NCBI GenBank assembly: GCA_030324005.1
Contig: JARDVH010000097.1
Coordinates: 61,369,278-61,433,277, forward strand
DNA length: 64,000 nt
Origin: Negaprion brevirostris
Lineage: Eukaryota
Reading direction: 5' to 3'
Shown piece by piece: positions 49,129 through 60,600 of this stretch (positions within the stretch are counted from its first letter, which is position 1; every line of letters starts with the position of its first letter). The position numbers and the translations under genes were made by a program. The notes beneath the pieces were generated by a model, which ran no database searches, had not been told where the DNA came from, and saw only the letters and a program-made list of their open reading frames with translations.

Positions 49129-50489
49129 GTATAGGCAGGCTGCAAATCACAGGTTTACAGTTACTAGTTGCAGCTCAGTATAATGGCAGCACCTACCTTA
49201 ACTCATTTTGATATACAGTTTGTAAAAAGGGACATTGTTTGTTTGAGCTATGAGAAACGTAAAAAATAAGTTTTGCTCGGTAGAAGCACAAACGCATGGC
49301 TAAGCTGCTAAATTTTGGACAAGTTTAATTGTGAAGTTGAAGAAAAGACTCAAGGATCACTTTTGATGGTCTCAATTCTTCTGTGACAAAGTATTATTAA
49401 TGGTACCATTCTGGAAACTTAAATATCTATAGGAGTCAGACCTTTGTCCCTAACACCAGTGAAGACAAAGTAATATTCAATACAGAACATTTTAGCCTCA
49501 AAATTCTTGCAGCAAAAATCCATTCTAGGCACTTCTACAAAGAACTGATCCATCTGTTGTTTGTGTATGAGCAGGGAGTTAAATCCCCTGAAATTGAGGC
49601 CAGGTCTGGATCTGTACACCATGCCACCCTCTTCTGGGTGACACTGGAGCAGGATTGAAGGTGAGCCAGGACCCCTGTGCAGGTGTTGGGTAAGAAATTA
49701 AACGAATCAGATAACTTATGAANNNNNNNNNNNNNNNNNNNNNNNNNNNNNNNNNNNNNNNNNNNNNNNNNNNNNNNNNNNNNNNNNNNNNNNNNNNNNN
49801 NNNNNNNNNNNNNNNNNNNNNNAGTGCTGCTGAGACCTTGTAACCCATGCCAGGATTCCTTTAATTAGAAATGTTTTCATTTCAAAGAATGAACACATGA
49901 ACCTGTTCAATAGCCTGCTCCTTCCCCAATCGGGTTCCTGACCTGCAACTGGTTCCATTGCTCCAGCGGGAAGTAAGTTGATTAAATTCCAACCATCAGG
50001 TCAAATGATGTTTTGTGCTTTTCTCAAACTTAATTGTCACTCAATTCAGATTTGTTACACGACAGTGGTATTCTCTAAAAGTTCTCCAATAGTTGATCTG
50101 ATTACATTAAGAAAGGAGTTTGCTGGTTGCATTAACCTTCATGACACATATGTACACTTTATCTATGGTAACATCAAAGTACTTATCAGCAGGACATAGG
50201 TTTCCTCCAAACCATTACAAAAATAATCTTTAAACAGTCAGTGATTTAAAAAAAGAATTAGGAAACAGATTTAATTTTGATAGTTAAGAAATAATTGTGT
50301 CAATTGACTGACACATTCACCTACATAACAACAATATTTACTGTTCAAATAAGAATTATTTGCTATACAGTGCATTGAGATGCCCAGAAAACATAATAAT
50401 GTTCCTTTTTCCTTGGTAATTCAATTAATGCACAAAGCAATTGCTTTACTAAATTTCAAAGTAAATTAGTTTGAAGAGCAGGTCTGTTA

Positions 50490-50770
50490 TTAACAAGGTT
50501 TTCACACAGCAAAATCCTACAAACAATAACATGATTTCTTAGTTCAGCAGTGTAGGTTAAAGTAATAATATTGGTACATATATTAGCTCAGGACACCAGG
50601 AGAATTCCTTTTGATGAAGAGTATCATGGTATCCTAATTATTCACCTTCATTAGCTTCAAGTTAAACATCTCATATGAATGGTACAACATCTCTGGCAGA
50701 AAAGCATTTCTTCAGTCCTGAACTGAGATTTCAACCAAAATCACAGGGCACTGTGACCACTGTGCCATAG
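50490..50770 (-). mobile_element. Old Deu-domain-like SINE, degenerate
   Basis: cacagcaaaatcctacaaacaataacatgat...caggacaccaggagaattcct...catggtatc...ttaaacatctcatatgaa resembles the reverse complement of the DeuSINE core. Confidence 0.5.
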
Positions 50771-50842
50771 TGTTGCCCATAAGTCAAATTAATGCTAGAA
50801 AAATCAATATGATTCTATTTGTTTCAAAAACATATGGTCTAG

Positions 50843-51172
50843 AGGCAGCATGGTGGGCACAGTGGTTAGCACTGCTGCCTCACAATGCTAGGGACCCAGG
50901 TTCAATTCCAGCCTTGGATGACTGTCTGTGTGCAGTTTGCGCATTGTCTGGGTGAGTTTCCTCCTGGTGTTCCAGTTTTTTCCCACAGTGCAAAGAATTG
51001 CAGGTTTGGTGGATTGGCCACGCTAAATGTCCCAAGAAGTGTAGGTTAGGGAGACTAGTGGGGCAAATATATGGGGTTATGGACGATAGGGCTGAGCTAG
51101 ATGATCCTTCAGAGAGTTGGTGCAGACTCAATGGGCCAAATGGCCTGCTTCTGCATTGTCAGGATTCAATGA
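50843..51172 (+). mobile_element. HE1-type V-SINE (tail type A)
   Basis: ggcagcatggtgggcacagtggttagcactgctgcctcacaatgctagggacccaggttcaattcc, and tail gactcaatgggccaaatggcctgcttctgcattgtcaggattcaatga. Confidence 0.88.
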
Positions 51173-52146
51173 AACCAGACATTTCTGTGAGCAATATTAG
51201 CTTCCATAGACTAGCGTGACAGACAGCATTATTTTCAGCAGCTCATTATTTTACTTTATTATTTTGGCGAAGAATTTATTATTTTCTCTATTCCTGTTTA
51301 TTGTAGATTGACAACTATATTATCATTAGTCAAAGACTGGGTTTATTGATGGAGCTCTCTAACAGGTTGCAGCAGATTAATCATCCTTCGATTATCATCC
51401 CTTACTACTAAGGTGGCCTATTTCAGTGCACTACCTTTTCTCAATGACTTGATTCATGGATGCAAACTTCTGTCTTAGTAATTCTTGGCATAGTACATTG
51501 GAACTGAATTGTGTTTCACTCCCTGGTGTCCTTGAAATCCTTAAGATTTCCTGTAACAGCAAATCAAAATGATGGTGTGATGCAGCTTTAATTGTCTGCC
51601 ATTTAATAAATTATCATTACATTTATTTTGTGCTCAAGCTGTGCTCAAAGTGCTTTGCCTCATCAAAGCTTTTTATACCACAATATTGTTATCAGATTTA
51701 CCATTTGTTTTCAAGATACCAAAACAATTCTATACATTTTTCTGTTCCTTCTGAAGATGCATTGCAATGTGGATTTGAATAAACTTAGTGAAGTAAGCTT
51801 CAGCTTTGTCCCTTCCATCTATCATAGTCAACATGTAATGGTTTATTTTGCTGAATGAAGATATTAAGTGGAACCAACAACTGGCAGCAGAACTTCCATT
51901 CCAAGCAATAATGACATGTGGCATTGTCAATATTCAGAGTTGGTGCAGATATTTGAAAGAAATAGTCATCTTTTCTATGAGAGTGCAAGCCAATGACTCA
52001 CTTAGTCCTAATTCCTGAGAGTGAAGGACGGAAAGTTTAAAGTTTTNNNNNNNNNNNNNNNNNNNNNNNNNNNNNNNNNNNNNNNNNNNNNNNNNNNNNN
52101 NNNNNNNNNNNNNNNNNNNNNNNNNNNNNNNNNNNNNNNNNNNNNN

Positions 52147-52638
52147 CCCCGCTTCCACCCTTCCCCCCCACAGTAGCCATTAACTCCGGCATCCCCTTCT
52201 TGTTGGACTGCTCCAGGCCCACTATCACAACTGCATGAAACCTAGCCCCATAAACCTCCCACTGGGGCCTGCCCTTTGGCACAAGTTGGCAGTGGCAGAG
52301 TACTGCCTGGCCATGTCCCATCCCCCTTCTTCCACTCCCCCAGGAGCTATACTTACTGTTACATGCCTGAGGAGACCCCCACATCAGGTTCATGTCGTGC
52401 TTTGAAGATTTGGAAAGGAGCCAAGATGCATGGCAGGGGGTGGCGTTTAATGATATTAAATGCATGCAAAGCAGATTCGCGCCCATAATAGATGCCACCC
52501 TGATGATGTCACTGGCGAGGGGCAAGGAGCCGGGAAGATTTGAAGTTGCATTCTGGCCAATGAGAACTGTGAGTTCTGGATCTCGAATCTTTGCCAGTAA
52601 CCTCACAGATGGCAAACGCAGGTAGAAGATTCCGCCCC
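52147..52638. mobile_element. Right portion of a probable non-autonomous Harbinger-type element (left end lost in gap)
   Basis: GC-richer block ending in agaagattccgccc, whose reverse complement GGGCGGAATCTT resembles the TIR of the MITE at 42989. Confidence 0.5.
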
Positions 52639-52668
52639 TAGTAAAAAAAACTGAAGCCCCTTCTTTAA

Positions 52669-52973
52669 GGATGGCATGGTGGCACATGGTTAGCACCACT
52701 GTCTGACAGTGCTAGGGACCCAGGTTCAATTCTAGTCTTGGTCACTGTCTTTGCACATTCTCCCCATGTCTGCGTGAGTTTCCTCCGGGTGCTGCACTTT
52801 CCCCCCACAGTCAAAAGATGTGTGGGTTAGGCTGATTAGCCATGCCAAATTAACCCTAGCATCAGGGGAATTAGCAATATAAATACATGAGACTGGTGGG
52901 ATTGTGGTCGGCACAGACTCGATGGGCCAAATGGCCTCCTTATACACTGTTGGGATGCTATGAAGATTCTATG
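52669..52973 (+). mobile_element. HE1-type V-SINE (tail type A)
   Basis: ggcatggtggcacatggttagcaccact...ggttcaattct, V core, and tail gactcgatgggccaaatggcctccttatacactgttgggatgctatgaagattctatg. Confidence 0.88.
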
Positions 52974-53737
52974 AAAATACAGCCTGAAAGATGTTGATCT
53001 AAATTAATACATTCAAACAAATGCAAGAGTGTTGCTTTTATATATATTAGTAATTTTGTCATTAATGACTTTGCTTGCCTTCTCAAGGACAAAACTTCCC
53101 AGTTTTAAGTTACTCAAGAAAGTTTATTTTCTAATTAATCTAATTGTCATGTGTAAAATAGATTTATTTTGCATAATTAATTAGAAAATTATCCTTAATA
53201 ACATTGCAGTTATAATTTTGTGTTGTGTCATGGATTGTAGTTTTGCGTTAAGAAAGTCTACTTGTAATTTAAGTCAATTTACATACGGAAATTGAGGGAA
53301 AATTAGCATTTATTATTTATATTGGGTCTCAGGATGACAAGATTTATAAACATGGGTCTTATGTTTCTGAGCCGTCTTTTGAGATTTAAATTAATATGAT
53401 TTCCATAAGGAAATTAGCTTGAATTAGGACAATTACTTGCTGTCACATGCCCTTTTTTAATAGAACAATTGCGTCTTTCTAGCGTTGTGTAAGGTGGGAT
53501 CTGTGGGATTTGAGTCATTTAGCCAGGCAGTACCCTGTCACTGCCAATTTGTGCCAAAGGGCAGGCCCCAGTTTCATGCAGTTGTGATAGATGTATGGGA
53601 TATGAGTTATTAACACAAATCGAGGCAAGTTCATATTAATGATATTGATACCAAAGCAATTGGTAGTTTTTCTCAATCACCAGCTTCATCTTTCCACACA
53701 ACCAGAGTGGAAGTGGCAAACACATAAATAAAGTAAG

Positions 53738-54037
53738 CTAAAGTTTATTTATTAGTCTCACTGGGCTTCCATTCACACTGAAATGAAATTACTGTGAAAA
53801 TCCCCTAGTCGTCACACTCTGGCATCTGTTCGGGTACATTGAGGGAGAATTTAGCATGGCCAATGCACCTAACAGTACATCCTTTGGACTGTGGGAGGAA
53901 AAAGGAGCACCCGGATGAAACCCACACAGACACGGGGAAAATGTGCAAACACTGCACAGACAGTGACCTAACCAGGAATCAAACCCACAACCCTGGCACT
54001 GTGAAACAGAAGTGCTAACCACCATGCCACCAAGCCG
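53738..54037 (-). mobile_element. V-SINE with alternative tail (type B)
   Basis: aaagtttatttattagtctcac...aatgaaattactgtgaaaatcccctagtcgtcacactctggc...ctttggactgtgggaggaaa...gtgctaaccaccatgccacc. Confidence 0.88.
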
Positions 54038-57000
54038 CTGAAACCAGGACTCCCATGTTTACTGAGCAAGTTTTCCGCATTAATCCTTAAACAATTTAAG
54101 AAAAATAGCTGAACTATGGGTCGATCAAAGTCAGATTGAACTAAATGCATGCAGATATGGTTTCACGTAATCATGTTATTTTTCAATATTTTGAACCATT
54201 TTCACCACTGTTTCTACCTGCTGTATGGTATGCTGTAATTAGATTGCAATTCAATGAGTTTTGGTGAATCAGAAACTAAAATGCATCATATCAGTTCAAA
54301 TTTCATTGGAAATAAGTGTGACACACTCACTGTGTATGAATAAGGATACTATGTGCAAGAAGTAAAATAAAAATTCTTCCACACACCCTCCAAAAACAAA
54401 GCAGCGAAAACTTTAGCCTTTCAAATGTATATATCATTTGCTGACTGTTTAGTTAATGAATAAAGTATATCTGCATCTGTCATAATGTTTGATTTATTCC
54501 ATTTATTTTCAAATGATTGGAACACTGTTTAAAAATGTTAAACACTTTTATAATGCCAACCTCCCTATGAAATATTTGAAGTTTTGCAAGCAAGGTAGTA
54601 ACATCCACATTTGTAGCATCACTTAATTTTGTCACAAATGCAATGGGAAACTAAATCTCCAAAGGTTTAATTTGTTTGAAAATAAATCCTTCCAGTTGAA
54701 GGGATTTGGTGATTTAATTTGTTGGGAACAGCTTCATTAAAGTGAAGCTGGGCAGTTGGCTTCTGCCAGGACAATGAATGGTTTTAGACCAGTCCTTGCC
54801 CATTTAGTGCCAACAAAGTGTTGCTCTGCAAGTTGTCAGTAGTACATGATGGAAACAGTGCTGTGCTCCATAAAGGGCATCTGAGATTTGAGTAAACAGG
54901 GTAAGCATTCGTCCATTTCTATAACCAATCAGGTTGAAGCATTCGCAAAAGATTATGAGAAAGAAAGCAATGAGACATAAAGAAAAGGTTACAAAAATAA
55001 ATCTCTAATGATGATTGAAACCCAAAGGAATAAGGTTATACGCTTGAAATAGATTTAGTGATAGAGAGGTTGACTGGCAATAATTAAGACTTATCAGATT
55101 GTTAAATGGTTACTTGGACTTGAGTGACTTGATTTAAGTTTCTGTGGGGTGTTTATTTCTTATCAAATGTGTATATACAGAAACTTCCCATTGCTCAATG
55201 CATTCGAATGAGGAGTCAGAATGTGAGTGCCATATCCATGAAGCTAACTGCAGGTCATCAGATCTCCAACAGCAGGCTTTTGATTTCTGCATTTAACAGC
55301 ACATCTACTGTTTTCTGAATTTAATTTGGAATCTACACATAAATAACGGTGTTAATAATAACTGTAATTTTGACAGAAATGTTTGGTCCAATGTCTTGGT
55401 GAGGACAATGATCTTAAAATTTCAAGTTACCACTCAGCGCATTGTTTTTTGTTGCCTCAAGCTTTATTATGCAGGCCAATCAAAATAATTGATTGCACAT
55501 GTAAACATGCGTATGTGCATTTTCCCGAATGGCTTCCACAATAGTATAATCTATTTTGCTACAACTGTAATTACGCAGTTATATCACTTCCATTCTGCTT
55601 GAGAATGTTGCTGCTGTAAACTTTTTTATCATTTTTGTAATCATTTGCCTAATCACTTGGCAACAGTGATAATTACAGATCATAGCATCTTAATATTTCT
55701 GGTCATAACGGTATTTCTGGTCATTAGCATTGACATTCTAGATCAAATAGTAAAGAGTGAATAAGAAAAGGATGTTACACAATCACAGAAGAGAGAACAC
55801 GTTAAGTCTTATTTTAACTGAGCCCTTCAAGCTTCTAGGATTGCCAATATGACATTATTAATATTTCTTACTTATATAGTATGTACACAATGTGATAAAA
55901 AAATTAAAATGTTTAAAATATCATTGCATACTTGAATGACTATTCCTCAGGGTCTTTAAAATCCATCCTGCTATTAACAAATCTAAGTTATAGGTGATGT
56001 GAAATGTTTTCAGGTAGGCAAATAAAAGTTATTGTGCACTACTGAAAAGATTAAATGACTAGTCTTCCAGCAGATTATCAGAGTTACTCACTTTACTGTA
56101 TATATAATATATGTAGCATTCAAATCAGAATGAGGACTACATATTCTTGCAACACCATCAACTCAACAGAATTTCCTTTGTCAGACATCAAAGTGAAGTT
56201 AAATCTACATTATTATTAAAAGCCATGCCAACAGACAACTGGGAACAATCAAATCCAACACTTTGGAGGACAGTAATTGAATTTCTACACCAAAAATAAA
56301 AGCAGAACAGTTCATTTGCCATTTAATGTTAATTAAACAACATGTTTGCTGTCCCACGCATTTCTCTAATTCAACATAATATTCAACATTTAAAATTGAA
56401 AGACGTTATTGCAAAGAAAGCATGAATATATTAAACACACAAAAGTTATTCAGTACCCAAAGGGTTTATATGGAGTAATGCATGCTTGCATATTTACAAA
56501 ACAACTTTTAGAGTCNNNNNNNNNNNNNNNNNNNNNNNNNNNNNNNNNNNNNNNNNNNNNNNNNNNNNNNNNNNNNNNNNNNNNNNNNNNNNNNNNNNNN
56601 NNNNNNNNNNNNNNNNNNNNNNNNNNNNNNNNNNNNNNNNNNNNNNNNNNNNNNNNNNNNNNNNNNNNNNNNNNNNNNNNNNNNNNNNNNNNNNNNNNNN
56701 NNNNNNNNNNNNNNNNNNNNNNNNNNNNNNNNNNNNNNNNNNNNNNNNNNNNNNNNNNNNNNNNNNNNNNNNNNNNNNNNNNNNNNNNNNNNNNNNNNNN
56801 NNNNNNNNNNNNNNNNNNNNNNNNNNNNNNNNNNNNNNNNNNNNNNNNNNNNNNNNNNNNNNNNNNNNNNNNNNNNNNNNNNNNNNNNNNNNNNNNAGTT
56901 GCGGGGGGTGGGGGGGGGGCGTCAGGGCAAGGATGGATGCTGGTTAGGGGTGGTGGGGTTAAAGTATCCTGTTTTTGTTCAGGTTTTGTGCTGTAGCAGC

Positions 57001-57329
57001 TGTCATTACAAACAGCAATGCTAGTGTGCTGTAGGTCATTGATGCATGATGGTATTCACATAAGAGGATTAGTAATTGTGACATAATTGTTACAGGATTA
57101 TTTGAAATAATGTGCAAATGATTACTGGGAAACTTCATGTCCAGTGTCTATTATTATTATTTTTATTAAAAATATCTTGGTCCTGAAATTAAGCTGTGGT
57201 TATTTTACTGTTAACATCCTGGTGAAATCGTGAGAAGGAAATTCTGTATTATATATTTGCATACTAGTATTGCACAGCTTCTTTTTAGGATCTTTGTGCC
57301 TTTAATATTGCATATCACATTGCCTATAG

Positions 57330-57935
57330 ACATATAGGAATAGGCCATTCCCCCACCCTGTCAGCCATCCCAGTACTGAACTAGATATTTACTTTAACTC
57401 AATTTATGCCCCACATCCCTTGAAAATCCTTCCCTATCAAAAATCTATTAATCTCATTCTTAAAAAGTTCCATTGATCCCAGCATCACCAGTCTCTTGAG
57501 TAGAAAGTACCAGATATCCACTCCTCTTTCTATGCTAAAGTACTTCCTGATTTCATTGTTAGATTGTTAAATTGCCTAGCTCTATTTTAAGATTATACTC
57601 CATTGTTTTGGATACACCTCACTGAAGGAAATAGTTTCTCTGCATCTGTCCAATCAAATATTTTTTCCATTTTAATGACGTCAATTAGATTTGTCCTCTC
57701 CCCTTCCCAGTCCCAACAACATACTATGCACAAGGAACACAGATCATGTTTATTCAACTGTCCTCACAAGTTAATTCTTAAACCTTGGTATCACTATATA
57801 CTAATACATGTTACTACAATAAATCAAATCAAATCAAAATTCTGATGAATCTATATTATAACCCAGTAAGACTGAGGATAGGTCCAAAACTGAAAGTATG
57901 TGAGGTCTGACCAAGACTTCATAAAACTGAAACAT
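57330..57935 (-). mobile_element. Old degenerate CR1 LINE fragment, with a short (AAATC)n-tailed insert near 57790-57840
   Basis: catataggaataggccattc...ccacatcccttgaaaatccttccctatcaaaaatctat...ccagatatccactcctctt...ggaaatagtttctctgcatct is a diverged CR1 3' region on the minus strand. Confidence 0.55.
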
Positions 57936-57952
57936 CACTTTCTCACTTATTT

Positions 57953-58258
57953 GGGGTGGCACGGTGGCACAGTGGTTAGTACTGCTGCGTTACAGTGCTA
58001 GGGACCGGGGTTCAATTCTCACCTTAGGCCACTGTCTCTGTAGAGTCTACGCATTGTCCCTGTGTCTACATGGGTTTGCTCTGGGTGCTCCAGTTTCCTC
58101 CTATAGTCTCAAAGACGTGCTGGTTAGGTGCATTGGCCATGTTAAATTCTCCCTCAGTGTACCTGAACAGGCGCCAGAGTGTGGCAACTGGGGGATTTTC
58201 ACAGTAATTGAATTGCAGTGTTAATGTAAACCTAGACACTCATAATAAATAAACTTTA
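57953..58258 (+). mobile_element. V-SINE with alternative tail (type B)
   Basis: ggggtggcacggtggcacagtggttagtactgctgc...ggttcaattc, V core, and tail ccctcagtgtacctgaacaggcgccagagtgtggcaactgggggattttcacagtaa...ttgcagtgttaatgtaaacct...taataaataaacttt. Confidence 0.88.
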
Positions 58259-59719
58259 TTTCATGTTTTTGTGAGCTTTTAGCATTGCTGATTGTTTTAT
58301 GTTAAAATATACTTAGCATAGACCAATCAGTTCCTAACACTGGTTGATATTAATCATGCAGTTCCATATTCAAACTAAATCCCACATGATTACACAGACA
58401 GCCATTTCTCACTTTAATTTTTAAGTTTCCTGTTTTTAATTATCTTGAGCGTTATTCTTCTTGAGTTCTCTGTCCAAAAACAGGTCCAACGCACAGTGCT
58501 GCAATCTCTAACACAGGTGGGGCAAGGAAGCAGATCTCAGAATGGGGATCAGACCCCATGCAGTGACAACAATCTGATTCACACCAGCCATCCAGACATC
58601 CAACTCTCAGAAGGAGTGTGGCATGACATAGCCCTGGGACAATGGACTTTCCAGAATTAGGGTTAGATTTTCTTGGATTTGGGAAACTCCACGGACCTTT
58701 AAAAATGTGAGGGGTGGGATACGGACATTTTCATTTTAACCAGCAGGGGATGGGGGCTGGATATGATCCCCACAAGGGAGAAACCCAAACTCAGCAGAGC
58801 CATTTACGCTTAGCGCTGAGTTCAAACAGACCTCATTTTGGCTGTTACAAGGGCCTTAATCTGCAATGTGGACATTACAAATTGAGTAGATGTAAATGCT
58901 CTTGAAACATTGGTAAGGTCTGTATAACTGTCATCATCTGAAGTTTTTTTTAAATCTCCCATTCCATCGAATGTAAAAAAATCAGTGATTGTCAAACAGA
59001 AGTCCCCTTGACTGCTTTGATCAACAGGCTAGCTGGGGTGGCATCTTTTAAACAATTTCAACAATGTCTTTTTATTGATCATCATGAATGCTTGACTGAG
59101 CTTCAAAAGCTACAATATCTCAGCAGGGGGTTCTGTATTCACAGTTTGATTGACTGATTTAAAAATGCTATGATAGGAAATGGGGCATGAACAGAAATTT
59201 GTTTGCATTTATTATTAATTAGCCACTTGAGATTTTAAAGATTAGATGAAGCTTATAATCAGCCCATCTTGGTACTCGTCTGCCCTGTGTCCTCATAGCA
59301 CCTGTTCCCAGGTTTGACGGGTCCAACTTCATCCCACACCAACACCCAGTGTAGCATTCTTAGGGCAAACTTTATAACTGTTCTTTTTAGTAATTTCTTT
59401 AATTAAGTTTCAGTATTTTTTAAAAATGGAAATTATACAGGGAGATAGCATTCTCTTGGCTTAATTTTCTCTTTGGGGTGTATTGGAGTGTAAAAAGAAT
59501 CGGAAAAACATTGACAATTTCAACAATTCCAAAATTTTGCATTCTTATAACACCATTGGAAACTTCACAGAAGTAACACTAAACTACATTTGATACCATG
59601 CCTCATAAGGGAACATTAAGGCAAATATGCAAAAGTTTAGTGAAAGAGGTAGAGTTATGGAGTCTCTTAAGGTAGGAAAGAGAGTTATAAAGGCAGAGAG
59701 TTTGTGGGAACTACTGAAG

Positions 59720-60285
59720 GGGCTCATTCCGCCTCTGCTGCCATTTTACCTGCTGCAAGAGGTGGAAGTTAGGCTTTCACTGCATGGGCTGCTGTTAAGC
59801 AAGAACAGGGGATGAAGAGAATCTCCTTGGAGGAAGTCCACTGTGTCAATCGGAACATCCCCCCAAAATCATATCCCACTTTAACCTTCCCTCCCCCGCC
59901 CATGTACTTCTTAACCTTCCCTACACACACATGTATCCTGCTCCCCACGTTGGGGTCTGTTTTCTAGGTCTGTCCAAAATCTGACTTACTTTGAAGTCTG
60001 GGCCCCAACATTTCTCCTTGAGGATTGCCTGTAATTCCAGCAGTGGTCACTATTTGAACTTAGTGCAGCTGAGACTACAGAGCTGCCAACCAATTGGATT
60101 GGCTAGCAGTTCTGTAAGGCAGGGCTTCCTCATACATGGGGCAGAAGTCTAATATTGAAATAATTAAGGCTTCTCTCAGGGTAAAATGACCTGGCAGCTT
60201 GTTTTTAGGTGGGCTAACTTGTCTGCCAACTTTTCAGTCAGGTGGGGGTGCATGGAATATGATGTCCTGTAAAATCCAATCCAGT
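59720..60285. mobile_element. Possible old non-autonomous DNA transposon remnant
   Basis: GC-richer block ending in ctgtaaaatccaatcc, loosely similar to the GGG..GATTTT TIR class seen at 42989. No left TIR or TSD confirmed. Confidence 0.3.
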
Positions 60286-60469
60286 GTTTCAATTGAAATA
60301 TCAGACAAAATAAGTTGTTAAATGTTTAAATGCCAATAATGCAGCAGCTTATTTCAATTTTTAAAGTTAGGGAAACTTTCAGAAAGCATTCTTTCTGGTT
60401 GTGTCACAGCTTGGTATGGCTCCTGCTCTGTCCAAAACCATAAAAAACTACAAAGAGATACACCCTAGC

Positions 60470-60600
60470 TATGACTGTATATTCTGCACTTTCACTTTTC
60501 CTTCTCTATGTACCGTATGCTTTGTCTGCAGAGCACACAAGAAACAATACTTTTCACTGTGTACTGACACACGTGACAATAATAAATCAAATCAAATCAG
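60470..60600 (+). mobile_element. LINE 3' tail ending in (AAATC)n, Rex1/Babar-like
   Basis: ctgtatattctgcact...gaaacaatacttttcactgtgtactgacacacgtgacaataataaatcaaatcaaatca. A related shorter copy lies at about 57792-57840. Confidence 0.6.

Noticed and set aside
3629-57262. Window-wide enrichment of perfect octamers (3629, 10037, 11735, 23901, 57255)
   Set aside because: A handful of hits to an AT-rich 8-mer on both strands of 64 kb is about what chance gives. Only the clustered contexts were kept.
28583-58258. tRNA genes suggested by A-box and B-box motifs
   Set aside because: Each is the tRNA-derived head of a SINE, followed by V core and LINE-like tail, with no complete cloverleaf.
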